DNA of 48,733 nt from a virus (taxonomy: Duplodnaviria > Caudoviricetes). Both the position numbers and the translations under genes were made by a program. The notes beneath the pieces are model-generated. The model ran no database searches and was not told where the DNA came from. It saw only the letters and a program-made list of their open reading frames with translations. The first letter of the stretch is position 1, and the number at the start of each line of letters is the position of its first letter. This document shows, piece after piece, positions 1-9,054 of this stretch. Where the stretch lies: positions 1 through 48,733 of the IMG/VR virus record IMGVR_UViG_3300037483_001802; one strand, given 5' to 3'.

Positions 1-963
1 GATTGTTTTGTCTCCAGGCATCGGGCGGATGCGTCGTTGAAGAGTGTTGACGAACATATTGTTGATGAGGCGGTTGATTCAGTCCGGACGTGGGGTCATA
101 ATTTTGTCATGCCGGATGAAATTGAAAAACCAGCGGTTGAAATGGCTCTTGCCTTTGATGACAAATGGTGTCCGGCACCTAGCTGGTCCGACGATAGTGC
201 CAGGTTTCGGGCAAAACTTGATTGGACGTTTTTTATCGACAGGAAAACGGTGGTTATCACGGATTGGAAAAGCGATAGACATTTACCCTCTTCTGCAGTG
301 GTAGAAAATGACATGCAGCTGAAGATTTATGCATATTGTCTGTGGTTGATTTACCCGAACACGAAACAATTCGTCATCAGGCGGCATTACATGCGTTTCG
401 GCAAAATGTATGAGTGGGTTTTGACAATCAAGGAAATCCTTCCGATTGGTCGTGAATTGGCGGGAAAGATGGAAGAAATCGATAATTGCAAGGAATTTGA
501 GCCGCGCGTTGGGTCCTATTGCGATTATTGCGGGTACATTGACAGGTGTCCGAAAATGCAAAAAGCGTTGGTCGCGAGCAATCCATATGTGATTATCACT
601 CAGGAAAATGCTGAGAGAGCGGCTGAGTTGTTGATGGCTATCGACCGGGTAAAGAAAGAAATCACTGCTCGCATGAAGGATTATGTCGTGTTGCATGGTG
701 AGGGGGTTGTGGTCGGGGATAAATGCATTGATTTCCATCCTACTGAATCAATTAATTTCCCGGATGGGGAAAAGTTGGCGGCGGCGTTGGTCGGCGTTGG
801 GTTGTCGAAGCAAGAGGTCTGGAATGTTTTTTCTGCCACAAAGGCGAGCGTTGAAAAGGTGTTGAAAAAGGCGAAGAAGCTTGAACATCTCCAGACGATC
901 AAGGAAAAATCTGGCGCAGAAGAAAAGAGCGGTTCTCGTTTTGAGTTCAAAAAGGTGGCATGA
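1..963 (+). CDS. PD-(D/E)XK (RecB/Cas4-like) exonuclease, 5'-truncated by the window edge
   Basis: Frame open from base 1; KLD..ITDWKS, QLKIYA and CDYCGYIDRCP motifs. Confidence 0.85.
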   Translation, partial: DCFVSRHRADASLKSVDEHIVDEAVDSVRTWGHNFVMPDEIEKPAVEMALAFDDKWCPAPSWSDDSARFRAKLDWTFFIDRKTVVITDWKSDRHLPSSAVVENDMQLKIYAYCLWLIYPNTKQFVIRRHYMRFGKMYEWVLTIKEILPIGRELAGKMEEIDNCKEFEPRVGSYCDYCGYIDRCPKMQKALVASNPYVIITQENAERAAELLMAIDRVKKEITARMKDYVVLHGEGVVVGDKCIDFHPTESINFPDGEKLAAALVGVGLSKQEVWNVFSATKASVEKVLKKAKKLEHLQTIKEKSGAEEKSGSRFEFKKVA

Positions 964-1211
964 TTATGATGAAAGGGTGCGCGCATGATGGGATATTGCA
1001 CAGGGGGGTTTGCCCCTGTTGCGGGTTTACCAATATAGATGGTGAATTCGTTGCGATCTGTAAAAAATGCGGCGATGAGTGCGGGAAATTGTGTGGTCTT
1101 TTTGTGCCGCATCTTTGCCCGGATTGTTACCGGGGCGAGCTTGAGAATGACAGGAAATCTGGTAACATTTGCACGCTTTGCCATTCACCGCGTTCTGCGT
1201 GTTGTTGTTAA
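960..1211 (+). CDS. Small Cys-rich zinc-finger protein
   Basis: Several CxxC pairs; overlaps the upstream stop. Confidence 0.6.
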   Translation: MIMMKGCAHDGILHRGVCPCCGFTNIDGEFVAICKKCGDECGKLCGLFVPHLCPDCYRGELENDRKSGNICTLCHSPRSACCC

Positions 1212-1233
1212 TTCTGCATATACATAGGAGATA

Positions 1234-3042
1234 GTGAAAGTGAGAATTAAGAATTTGCAAGTAAAAGATTTTTTGGGCATCAAGGCGATCAGTTTGAATC
1301 TGTCTGGCGGTGTTCATCTTTTCTCAGGAGAAAATGGGAACGGGAAAAGCTCTATTCGTGATGCGATTTCCTGGGGGATCGCGGATCATGTCCGTGGCTT
1401 GGTTAAGAGTAAGGATTATGCTGCTATTATCAGGCATGGAGAAAAGAGGGCTGAGTTGATAATGGATGTTTCCGGGGATGACGGGAAGGTGTTGCGGGTT
1501 GAAAAAAAGCGCACAAAAACTGTTTCTTCCGGGATAAGTCGCGACGCTGTGGCTGGGTTCATTGGGACAGATGCGGGGGCGATCAGGGCTTGTCTTGACG
1601 CATGGGAATTTCGCTCTTTTTCAAAAGAAGAGCGTGAAAAAATAGTGAAATCTGCTTTTGGTGGTAAGCGATCTGTTAATATTGATATGGTAAAAAAATT
1701 ATTGATTCCTTATCATGTTGAGGGGAAGTATGATTCATGGATAATAGAAAAAGTTTCGAGCGGCGAAGATTTCAATTTAATCCATGATGCTGCTATTGCC
1801 GAAAGGGTCGCGGCGAAACGTGCATTGAAAGAGATTGGGGATGCCGTGGACGTGCCTGAAATGGCGAAAATTGGAGGTAAGGATCAGAAAATAAGTTTGC
1901 TGGTTGATCTTGATAATCAGAAATCTTTTGCTGATAGGGTTCGTGAATATACTAATGAGCGGGAAAGTCTGCTTCAGAAGATCGGTGGCATGAAAGCGGT
2001 TGACCCTAAAGAAAAGCGTCGGGAAATTGAGGAGCGGTTGATCAGTTACCGGACATCCAGCTTTTCGGATAGTGACGAAATTATGTTGAAAAGATTGAGA
2101 GATGCGGGTGTTGATCGGGCAGCGAGGGTTGATGAAATCGAGGGGGAAATAAGAAAACTCCATGACGCACTTGCTGAGGGTGGCCTGGTCGACTGTCCCA
2201 TTTCTGACGTTTCCGGGAATAAGTGTTGTCCTGCGTGTGTCTCTGCGGAACATGCTGAAAATAGAAAACGTGTTTCGGAACTTACCGCTGAATGTGAGAG
2301 ATACAGGGATGAAATCAAGAGGGTTGAAAGCCTGGAAAAGCTCGAAGCGGGGCTCAAAAGTATTCAGGCGGAATTGAAGAAAATTGATTCAGAGCAGGAT
2401 GATGGCGGGGCGGAAAGCAATATTGATGAGATAGCGAAAATTCAAAATGAAATTGATGAGTTGGCTTTACGGATTGACAATTCAAGGGCTGGTTCAAATG
2501 CGATTATTGATTTTTTCTACAAAAAAGAGTTGGCGGAAAAAACAGAGAAGAAGCGGATAGATGTCAGTGCGGAAATTGAGGCTTGGGAATCTGTCGTTAA
2601 GGCGGTTTCTCCGGATGGGATTAGGAACGGACTGAATGCTGGCGGGGTGTCGGTGCTGAATAAACGGCTTGCCATGTCATTTGAGATGGTAGGTTTTGAA
2701 TTTATTCTTGATGAGAACTTCGAGCCTGTTATTTCTGATGGCCGGGTGTTCTCCCTGTTGTCGCGATCAGAGCAGTGGCGGGTGGGGGCGGCGATTGCTG
2801 AGGCGATAGCCTACGGGTCAGGATTGCGTTTTTTCTGTATTGATGAGTGTGATGTGCTTGTCCAGGGGGCGCAACGTGATTTCGCCACTTGGGTCTTTTC
2901 GCTGATGCCTGATTATGATCAGATTTTTCTGTTTGCTTCTTCCAAAGAAAAACCACGATTTATACCTATTGAAAATTTTCACGTCTGGCATGTTGTTGAT
3001 GGTTCTGCCGAATTGGTTGATGATAGCAAACTTGCCGCGTAG
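1234..3042 (+). CDS. SMC/Rad50/SbcC-like ATPase with coiled coil and zinc-hook-like Cys cluster
   Basis: Walker A GENGNGKS, signature-like LSRSE, Walker B FCIDE, central CP..CCPAC; GGAGA RBS before GTG. Confidence 0.85.
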   Translation: MKVRIKNLQVKDFLGIKAISLNLSGGVHLFSGENGNGKSSIRDAISWGIADHVRGLVKSKDYAAIIRHGEKRAELIMDVSGDDGKVLRVEKKRTKTVSSGISRDAVAGFIGTDAGAIRACLDAWEFRSFSKEEREKIVKSAFGGKRSVNIDMVKKLLIPYHVEGKYDSWIIEKVSSGEDFNLIHDAAIAERVAAKRALKEIGDAVDVPEMAKIGGKDQKISLLVDLDNQKSFADRVREYTNERESLLQKIGGMKAVDPKEKRREIEERLISYRTSSFSDSDEIMLKRLRDAGVDRAARVDEIEGEIRKLHDALAEGGLVDCPISDVSGNKCCPACVSAEHAENRKRVSELTAECERYRDEIKRVESLEKLEAGLKSIQAELKKIDSEQDDGGAESNIDEIAKIQNEIDELALRIDNSRAGSNAIIDFFYKKELAEKTEKKRIDVSAEIEAWESVVKAVSPDGIRNGLNAGGVSVLNKRLAMSFEMVGFEFILDENFEPVISDGRVFSLLSRSEQWRVGAAIAEAIAYGSGLRFFCIDECDVLVQGAQRDFATWVFSLMPDYDQIFLFASSKEKPRFIPIENFHVWHVVDGSAELVDDSKLAA

Positions 3043-3050
3043 GTCTGAGC

Positions 3051-3842
3051 ATGAATACTGACATTCGGATAATTATTTCTTTCCGTGATCATCGGAAAAC
3101 TAAGCGGTTGCGCGGGATGATCGGTGATAGGGCGGTTGAATATCTGGTCAATCTATGGCTGGGAGTCGCGCAGAACGCTCCGGAAGGGAAGTTGACCGGA
3201 TGGGAGCCTGAAGACATTGCGCATGAAGCCAGGTTTGATGGTGATCCGCAGGAGTTCGTTGCCGCATTGATGCATCCTAAGATCTGTTTTCTTGAGAAAG
3301 ACTTTGCAGGTAATTTTGTTGTGCATGATTGGGAGGAGAATAATTGCTGGGCTGCAGGCGCGAAGAGGCGCGAAGAGGCGGCGCGGAACGCGGCAAAGGC
3401 GAGGTGGAAAAAGAAGTTTGCCGGTGACGATGCTACGGAAGAACATGCGCCCGCATTGCCAGCGCAGTGCGACGGCAGTAATCAGGAAGGGAAGAAGACC
3501 CGCAAAACAGCATTGCCCGCTCAATTCAATGTCACGGAAAAAATGGTTAAATATGCGGATGATAAAGGGTTTTGCGGTGATATCGCCTCTGAAACAGAAA
3601 ATTTCGTGAATTGGGTGCGTAGGAAGGGGGCAAAATATGTTGACTGGGAAGCGGCTTGGCAGAATTGGATAAAAAAATCAATGGAGTATGACGCGACCAA
3701 AAAAGCGGTCCCGCAGGCACAGGGAGAAAAGCGGACATGTGGATCTTGCGCGTGGTTCGGCACAACATGTCATTCTAAAGTGACAAGGAAAAAAACAGAT
3801 ATCATTTGTGATGGTGGTATCTATAGCGATGGAGGCAAATGA
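3051..3842 (+). CDS. Phage replication initiator protein
   Basis: N-terminal wHTH-like region, VHDWEENN, C-terminal DWEAAWQNW motif, internal iteron-like repeats, directly upstream of dnaB. Confidence 0.75.
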   Translation: MNTDIRIIISFRDHRKTKRLRGMIGDRAVEYLVNLWLGVAQNAPEGKLTGWEPEDIAHEARFDGDPQEFVAALMHPKICFLEKDFAGNFVVHDWEENNCWAAGAKRREEAARNAAKARWKKKFAGDDATEEHAPALPAQCDGSNQEGKKTRKTALPAQFNVTEKMVKYADDKGFCGDIASETENFVNWVRRKGAKYVDWEAAWQNWIKKSMEYDATKKAVPQAQGEKRTCGSCAWFGTTCHSKVTRKKTDIICDGGIYSDGGK

Positions 3843-3843
3843 A

Positions 3844-5163
3844 ATGAAAGGAAGAGTGCCGCCGAACAGCAGCGATGCGGAGCTTGCATGTCTGGCTGTT
3901 GGGTTGACTGATCCGGATTCTATGGCGGATCTGGTGGGGGTGTTGTCCCCTGATGAATTTTACAATCAGGCGCACAAGATCGTTTTTGATGCGATGAAGA
4001 GGATTTATAATAAAAATCAGCCCGCGGACATTGTTACTGTGTCCCGTTTCTTGTCTGACACCGGTGAGATTAGCAAAATAGGCGGGCCTGCTTTTGTTGC
4101 GGGTATCACTGATTATGCAGTGTCGCGGCGCAATATTGAGGCGTATGTCAAGGCGGTCAAAGAGAAGGCCAAGGCAAGGCGGTTGATCGCTGTTGCCGGG
4201 GAGATTTCAGAGCGCGGGTATTCGGGGCTTGAGGATATTGATGCGTTGTTGGTGGAGGCAGAGGGGGAGATTTTTAAGATCGGCCACGACCAGGGGCAAA
4301 GGCAGTTTGTCTCTATGGGTGATCTGGTTGGTGTGATTTCTGAAGAGGTCGGGAATCGTATTCTTAACCCTGGCATGTCTACTGGTATTTCCACCGGTTA
4401 TATTGATCTGGACGCAAAGACCAATGGTTTAGATGGTGGTGATCTGATTATCCTTGCTGCACGACCAAGTATGGGGAAAACTGCGTTTGCGCTGAATATC
4501 ATCAGGAGCGTTGCGCTCAATGAGAAGAAGCCGGTTGCAATGTTTTCTCTGGAGATGTCCAATAATATGCTTGGTGAGCGGTTGGTGTGTTCTGTGGCAA
4601 AAGTGAACTCTCAGAAAGTGCGGTCAGGGTATATGAATGATGACGACATGCGCAAGTTGGTTGGCGGGTTGAAAATGTTGAATGATGCGCCTATCTATTT
4701 TGATGATTCCGGCGATATCACTGTATTGCAGATGAGGGCGAAGGCCCGGCGATTGAAGGCGAGATTTCCGGATCTTGCATTAATAGTTGTGGATTATCTC
4801 CAGCTCATGCAAGGGAAAGGGGAAAATCGTAATCTTGAGTTGGCGGAAATATCAAGATCGCTGAAGTTGATGGCAAAAGACCTTGATGTTCCTGTTCTTG
4901 CGTTGAGCCAATTGAATCGAGAGTTGGAAAGGCGTGCGGATAAGCGTCCTGTCATGTCTGACTTGCGGGAGTCCGGTGCTCTGGAACAGGATGCGGATTT
5001 GATCCTGTTTTTATATCGTGATGAGGTCTATAATAAGGCTATTGACAACCCAAGGCGGGGGATAACTGAGGTTATTATTGGCAAGCAGCGTAACGGGCCT
5101 ATTGGGACGATTGAGCTGGTATTCCAGGGTGAGCATTCTCTATTTCTTAATAAGGCGGCGTGA
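3844..5163 (+). CDS. dnaB: Replicative DNA helicase
   Basis: AARPSMGKT, FSLEM, DYLQLM, SQLNR, DLRESGALEQDAD, KQRNGP; GGAGG RBS at 3831. Confidence 0.97.
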   Translation: MKGRVPPNSSDAELACLAVGLTDPDSMADLVGVLSPDEFYNQAHKIVFDAMKRIYNKNQPADIVTVSRFLSDTGEISKIGGPAFVAGITDYAVSRRNIEAYVKAVKEKAKARRLIAVAGEISERGYSGLEDIDALLVEAEGEIFKIGHDQGQRQFVSMGDLVGVISEEVGNRILNPGMSTGISTGYIDLDAKTNGLDGGDLIILAARPSMGKTAFALNIIRSVALNEKKPVAMFSLEMSNNMLGERLVCSVAKVNSQKVRSGYMNDDDMRKLVGGLKMLNDAPIYFDDSGDITVLQMRAKARRLKARFPDLALIVVDYLQLMQGKGENRNLELAEISRSLKLMAKDLDVPVLALSQLNRELERRADKRPVMSDLRESGALEQDADLILFLYRDEVYNKAIDNPRRGITEVIIGKQRNGPIGTIELVFQGEHSLFLNKAA

Positions 5164-5184
5164 AATTTTGCGAGGAATAATATT

Positions 5185-5520
5185 ATGTGGCTGATTACAA
5201 AAGACGGTTTTTTTTCTGTCGTTCATAAAGACTGTGCCCCGGATGAGGTTTTGGTGAGGGCGCGGGTAAAAAAAGACCTGGTGGCACTTGCTGGTACGAT
5301 TGACGTTGAATGCGATATATCGCAGTCTTATAAAACTGATTATCAGTTCAGAATGGTTATGCCGCGAGCTGATTTCTGCAGGTATCTGGTGAAGTACGCG
5401 GAAGAGATGGTTTACGATAATTTCAAGAATTCTCTCAATAGAAAAGATTATCATCGAAGGTCTGTTTATTCCGATATTTGGGCGGATGGAATGCGGCTTG
5501 ATGAGCGATTCAAAAAGTAA
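5185..5520 (+). CDS. Hypothetical phage protein (MWL..GFFSVV type)
   Basis: ORF with GAGG RBS in operon context. Confidence 0.7.
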   Translation: MWLITKDGFFSVVHKDCAPDEVLVRARVKKDLVALAGTIDVECDISQSYKTDYQFRMVMPRADFCRYLVKYAEEMVYDNFKNSLNRKDYHRRSVYSDIWADGMRLDERFKK

Positions 5521-5535
5521 TTTATGGTCCTGAAG

Positions 5536-5553
5536 TATAATTCATGTATAATA
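5536..5553. promoter_or_regulatory. CATG-centred palindromic operator-like site containing two perfect TATAAT hexamers
   Basis: TATAA-TT-CATG-TA-TAATA; TATAAT at 5536 and 5547. Confidence 0.6.
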
Positions 5554-5557
5554 ATTC

Positions 5558-5690
5558 GTGTTGGTAGTTTTTTCAACCCTAGCGGGCGTGGGGATAATAA
5601 CCACCGCCCTGACCGACGTATGTCTCCTTTGTGTGTGAATAAAAGCGGGCGGTCAGCGTTTGCCTGTACGAGAACAGGCGAAGTTTTTTT
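5558..5690 (+). ncRNA. Candidate structured small RNA or attenuator leader ending in an intrinsic terminator
   Basis: Stems 5584-5591/5601-5609 and 5609-5615/5650-5656; terminator 5659-5682 plus T7. Confidence 0.45.
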
Positions 5691-5701
5691 ACAAGTTTCG
5701 A

Positions 5702-5733
5702 TGTTTAACATTGTTTAACATTATTTAACATTA
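5702..5733. repeat. Three tandem 10-bp repeats T(G/A)TTTAACAT upstream of ssb
   Basis: tgtttaacat tgtttaacat tatttaacat. Confidence 0.85.
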
Positions 5734-5744
5734 AGGGGATTCAA

Positions 5745-6146
5745 GTGCTTAATAAAGCGTCTTTAATAGGAAGGTTGGGCGGTGATCCTGAAGTTCGCTA
5801 TACACAGAGCGGTACTGCTGTCGCAAATTTCAATATGGCAACCACGGAAAAATGGAAGGGTCAGGACGGCGAGATGCAGGAGCATACCGAATGGCATAAA
5901 GTTGTTGCTTTTGCTAGGTTGGCCGAGATATGCGAAGAATATTTATCAAAGGGTTCGCTGGTCTATATCGATGGTCGCATTCAGACCAGGGCATGGGATG
6001 ATAAGGATGGCAACAAGCGATATACAACGGAGATTGTCGCTAAAGAGATGAAGATGTTGGGCGGTAAGAGCGGCGAGAAGAATAAAATGCAGGAGCCGCC
6101 TGCGCATGGGTCTTCTGATTATGATGGCGAACCAGTGCCTTTTTAA
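5745..6146 (+). CDS. ssb: Single-stranded DNA-binding protein
   Basis: [26 protein letters not shown], acidic tail ending PF. Confidence 0.97.
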   Translation: MLNKASLIGRLGGDPEVRYTQSGTAVANFNMATTEKWKGQDGEMQEHTEWHKVVAFARLAEICEEYLSKGSLVYIDGRIQTRAWDDKDGNKRYTTEIVAKEMKMLGGKSGEKNKMQEPPAHGSSDYDGEPVPF

Positions 6147-6160
6147 ATTGGGGTGATGCA

Positions 6161-6442
6161 ATGGTTTGTAAAAAGAATGTTGTTGGTTTCGCTCTCCCGG
6201 TATTGTGTTGTGCCGCTGCAATTATTAAAGCATTTCAGGGGGATTGGCTTGGATGTATTGTTTTCTTCTTGGTTCTGGTCAATTTGTTGTTTGAGAAAAC
6301 ACGCATTGATTTGATCAATAGCGAGGTTCTTTCAATCATAGAGAACAAGCATAAACTGCGCTCTGTCATTGCGAGAATAGCGGCGCGTCATATCTATGAT
6401 TGGGATATTTACCAAACTGTTATCAGGAAGGTGTTGAAATGA
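6161..6442 (+). CDS. Small membrane protein
   Basis: Two hydrophobic N-terminal segments; overlaps the next start. Confidence 0.55.
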   Translation: MVCKKNVVGFALPVLCCAAAIIKAFQGDWLGCIVFFLVLVNLLFEKTRIDLINSEVLSIIENKHKLRSVIARIAARHIYDWDIYQTVIRKVLK

Positions 6443-6912
6443 AAAAGGTGTTGTGCCTTGATCTTGGCACAAAAATGGGGTGGGCCTCACCGTATGGATC
6501 AGGAACGGTAAGTTTCGCTAATGGCAGGTTCGAGGGCGGCGGGATGCGTTTTTTGAAGTTTCGCAAGTGGATTTTGGATGCGATTGCATGCATGGGCGGT
6601 ATTGATGCGGTATATTTTGAAGAGGTTGCGGCGCACAAAGGTACTGCTGCGTCGCATGTTTACGGTGGATTCATGGCGACGCTTACCGCGTTATGTGAAG
6701 AAGTGGGGATTCCTTATGGCGGGGTCCCTGTAGGTACGATCAAGAAGCACGCTACAGGGAAGGGGAATAGCAACAAGGAAAAGATGATGGCGGCGTATCG
6801 GCTGAAGTTTGGAGTTGACCCGCAGGATGATAACGAGACGGATGCCAGGTTCCTTTTTGATCTGATATCCACTACTGACGGCACGGGTGTGTGCTTTAAA
6901 TTAAATAAATGA
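6439..6912 (+). CDS. RuvC-like Holliday junction resolvase
   Basis: LCLDLGT, YFEEV, IKKHATGKGN..K, DDNETDA. Confidence 0.88.
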   Translation: MKKVLCLDLGTKMGWASPYGSGTVSFANGRFEGGGMRFLKFRKWILDAIACMGGIDAVYFEEVAAHKGTAASHVYGGFMATLTALCEEVGIPYGGVPVGTIKKHATGKGNSNKEKMMAAYRLKFGVDPQDDNETDARFLFDLISTTDGTGVCFKLNK

Positions 6913-6922
6913 GGTCTTGACG

Positions 6923-7177
6923 ATGTATCAGATTATCACCGGAAGGAATTATAAGGACGTTGAAAAGCAGGTAAATAATGCGATGGAAAAAGGGTTCCAG
7001 CCATTGGGTGGGATTGCTGTAATCCCTGGGCCGATGAACGGCACTTTCCTTTATCAGGCGGGGGTTTTCCCGCGTACGGTTCCGGTTGAAGTTGCTACGG
7101 TTCCGGCTGTTCCGATTGAAGTTGTCACGGTGGGCGGGAAAGATGCAAGTGTGGAGAAGGTGAAAAGTAAAAAGTAA
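6923..7177 (+). CDS. DUF1737-like small protein
   Basis: VEKQVNNAMEKGFQPLGG..LYQA pattern. Confidence 0.65.
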   Translation: MYQIITGRNYKDVEKQVNNAMEKGFQPLGGIAVIPGPMNGTFLYQAGVFPRTVPVEVATVPAVPIEVVTVGGKDASVEKVKSKK

Positions 7178-7214
7178 AAAGTAGTTTTTCTGGATGTGAT
7201 CATAGGTGATGGCG

Positions 7215-7241
7215 GGGGCATTTTCAAAATGCCCCTTTTTT
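7215..7241 (+). terminator. Rho-independent terminator
   Basis: GGGGCATTTT-C-AAAATGCCCC followed by T6. Confidence 0.85.
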
Positions 7242-7265
7242 ATTGAAATTTCCAATAAAAAATAA

Positions 7266-7294
7266 TTGACATTATTATCCATGAGTAATACTGT
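7266..7294 (+). promoter_or_regulatory. Sigma70-type promoter with operator in the spacer
   Basis: TTGACA-17-TACTGT; TATTATCCATGAGTAATA at 7273-7290. Confidence 0.8.
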
Positions 7295-7337
7295 CGCTTA
7301 AAAGTGATTTGAAATTCATAAATGTGGCGGTGAGAAA

Positions 7338-7538
7338 ATGGCAAATAGCAAAGAACTTGAAATGTTGGAGGAGGCGCAGGGGTTGGTCAATGACGCTGTG
7401 TACCTTATCCGCGCGGCCATGGGTGGGGATGATGCTGATGGCGTCGGGAAGTCGCTTGCGGGTAGTTTGCGGGAGCTTTCAGAAGGGCAAGCTTGCTCAA
7501 TTCAGAAGCTTATAGAATGTCGCGGCGGGGAGGTGTGA
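7338..7538 (+). CDS. Hypothetical protein
   Basis: First ORF after the promoter. Confidence 0.6.
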   Translation: MANSKELEMLEEAQGLVNDAVYLIRAAMGGDDADGVGKSLAGSLRELSEGQACSIQKLIECRGGEV

Positions 7539-7539
7539 A

Positions 7540-7803
7540 GTGGCCTTGAAAATACGTGTATTTATTACTGCCGGTGATGAATTGCTATTTATCAATACCT
7601 GCAATGCGTGTGGACTTCGCGGCGAAATAGGCGGACCTCCTGCCTGCGATGGACAGATTGACGGATTTGAAAGGCCAAACGAAGAGAAGGTTTCTCGGGG
7701 TGGTAGGTCAGATTGGAGTGTTGTATATATTAATTGTGAACGGGTTGGGCAAGCTATGGCAGTGAGAGCGCAATTCCGCCAGACCATCAATAAAGGAGAA
7801 TAA
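7540..7803 (+). CDS. Hypothetical protein
   Basis: GGAGG RBS, tight packing. Confidence 0.6.
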   Translation: MALKIRVFITAGDELLFINTCNACGLRGEIGGPPACDGQIDGFERPNEEKVSRGGRSDWSVVYINCERVGQAMAVRAQFRQTINKGE

Positions 7804-7805
7804 TC

Positions 7806-8024
7806 ATGAAAATCGCTGAAGGAGTCAAGAAATATGTAATTGAGAAAATCACGGGAGATAACCGTCGCCCTGGGATGCCTAAAGATGGCTGGATTGTGTG
7901 GTATAGACTGCACCCTTCTTTCGGCTGGACTTGCCGACGATGTGTAGATACCGAGGAAGAGGCGGAAGCGTTCGCGGGGACTCTCACACCGGAAGGGGAC
8001 TTGCAGCCTGCCGATAAGGGATAA
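7806..8024 (+). CDS. Hypothetical protein
   Basis: AAGGAG RBS. Confidence 0.65.
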   Translation: MKIAEGVKKYVIEKITGDNRRPGMPKDGWIVWYRLHPSFGWTCRRCVDTEEEAEAFAGTLTPEGDLQPADKG

Positions 8025-8096
8025 CGCCAGTAATAACCCGCGCCGCAACGGCGTTTGATTTAAATACCGACGCCACGGCGTTAAAAATGGTTAGAG
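8019..8096. other. Degenerate integron attC-like imperfect palindrome
   Basis: TAAC containing the upstream stop codon ... GTTAGAG, with inner stems CGCCG/CGGCG and GGCGTT/GACGCC. Confidence 0.4.
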
Positions 8097-8106
8097 GTAC
8101 GAACAG

Positions 8107-8298
8107 ATGGCACGAAACATGAGCTTTGCAATGACAACCGAGCAGTTCAAGGCGCGGACCAAAACGGTGACGCGCCGGTTCGGTTGGTGGTTCCTCAAAC
8201 CCGGCGATGAGCTGCGAGGAGTAGAGAAGGCGATGGGCCTCAAGAAGGGCGAGACAATCAAGCAGATCGGGAAACCAACCAAGGAGACCGCGCTATGA
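8107..8298 (+). pseudogene. Probably truncated ASCH-domain-like protein
   Basis: MSF..KTVTRR..LKPGD start typical of ASCH folds, but only 63 aa. Confidence 0.55.
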
Positions 8299-8465
8299 AA
8301 ACACTTGCACAGATTGATAAGAAGATTAAGGCAGGAAAAGCGACCCGCGAAGAAATTGCTACAGCTATCGGGATGAGAGTTAGCGCTATGCGGAAGCCGA
8401 TGCCTTGTCCTGTTTGTGGTGTTGATCGGTGTAACATTTTGGCCCACCACGACAAGCAAAATTAA
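8295..8465 (+). CDS. Small protein with CxxC (56 aa, not in the ORF track)
   Basis: AAGGAG RBS, ATGA overlap; MKTLAQIDKK...CPVCG. Confidence 0.55.
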   Translation: MKTLAQIDKKIKAGKATREEIATAIGMRVSAMRKPMPCPVCGVDRCNILAHHDKQN

Positions 8466-8478
8466 AAGGATAAAATAG

Positions 8479-8610
8479 ATGAAAAAATTAATCTGCATTT
8501 TCCTCCATTGGCCGTGGCATCGAATGACTGGCGGGTATTTGCACGAAAGAGATGACGGCAAAAAATGGGTATTTACCTGTGGACGTTGTGGGAGAAAATG
8601 GGAAGGGTGA
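8479..8610 (+). CDS. Small zinc-binding protein (43 aa, not in the ORF track)
   Basis: AAGGA RBS; MKKLICIFLH...CGRCG. Confidence 0.5.
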   Translation: MKKLICIFLHWPWHRMTGGYLHERDDGKKWVFTCGRCGRKWEG

Positions 8611-8668
8611 TATGAGGTATAGTGAATTTTTGGTTATTACTTAATTCATTCAGAAGGGGAAAATTATC

Positions 8669-8974
8669 ATGAAAATAAAACGAGAGAATCATTCCGAAGA
8701 TTTGTTATCTCGCCTTGATAGGGTTGGTGTGCATTCGTCTGTTGCTGCCCAATACTGCAAAGAAGCTGCCGAGGAAATACGGAATATGAGGCGGAAGCTT
8801 GAATTGATTGCGGCTGAAGAGCGTGAGGCGTGCGCGCAGGTTTGCGAGTACCTGCGCGATAACGCAATGCTGACAGATGGCGGGAGGGAGATTGCCAGCG
8901 TATTAGCCGAAGCTATACGGAATCGATCTGATGACAGCAATGAGGTGCCTGGCAGTATCGGCAATATCGCATAG
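8669..8974 (+). CDS. Hypothetical phage protein
   Basis: EREACAQVCE..AEAIRNR motif common in phage early genes. Confidence 0.7.
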   Translation: MKIKRENHSEDLLSRLDRVGVHSSVAAQYCKEAAEEIRNMRRKLELIAAEEREACAQVCEYLRDNAMLTDGGREIASVLAEAIRNRSDDSNEVPGSIGNIA

Positions 8975-9021
8975 AGAGAGAATTGCGGTTATGGGAGGAA
9001 GGATTTTTTTTTGCCTTCTTC

Positions 9022-9039
9022 TATTACTCATGAATAATA
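9022..9039. promoter_or_regulatory. CATG-centred operator-like palindrome
   Basis: TATTACTCATGAATAATA just upstream of the methyltransferase RBS. Confidence 0.7.
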
Positions 9040-9054
9040 AAAAAAATAGGAGCT

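Noticed and set aside
1-963. cas4 of a CRISPR system
   Set aside because: The context is a phage recombination module next to an SMC-like ATPase
5581-5660. ZTP or fluoride riboswitch
   Set aside because: A GTGG..CCAC stem is present but the other conserved elements are missing
5524-5718. 64-aa ORF
   Set aside because: No RBS, and it spans a promoter, hairpins and a terminator; more likely non-coding
7275-7283. DnaA boxes (TTATCCATG resembles TTATCCACA)
   Set aside because: The copies are dispersed singly at promoters and are better explained as part of an 18-bp palindrome
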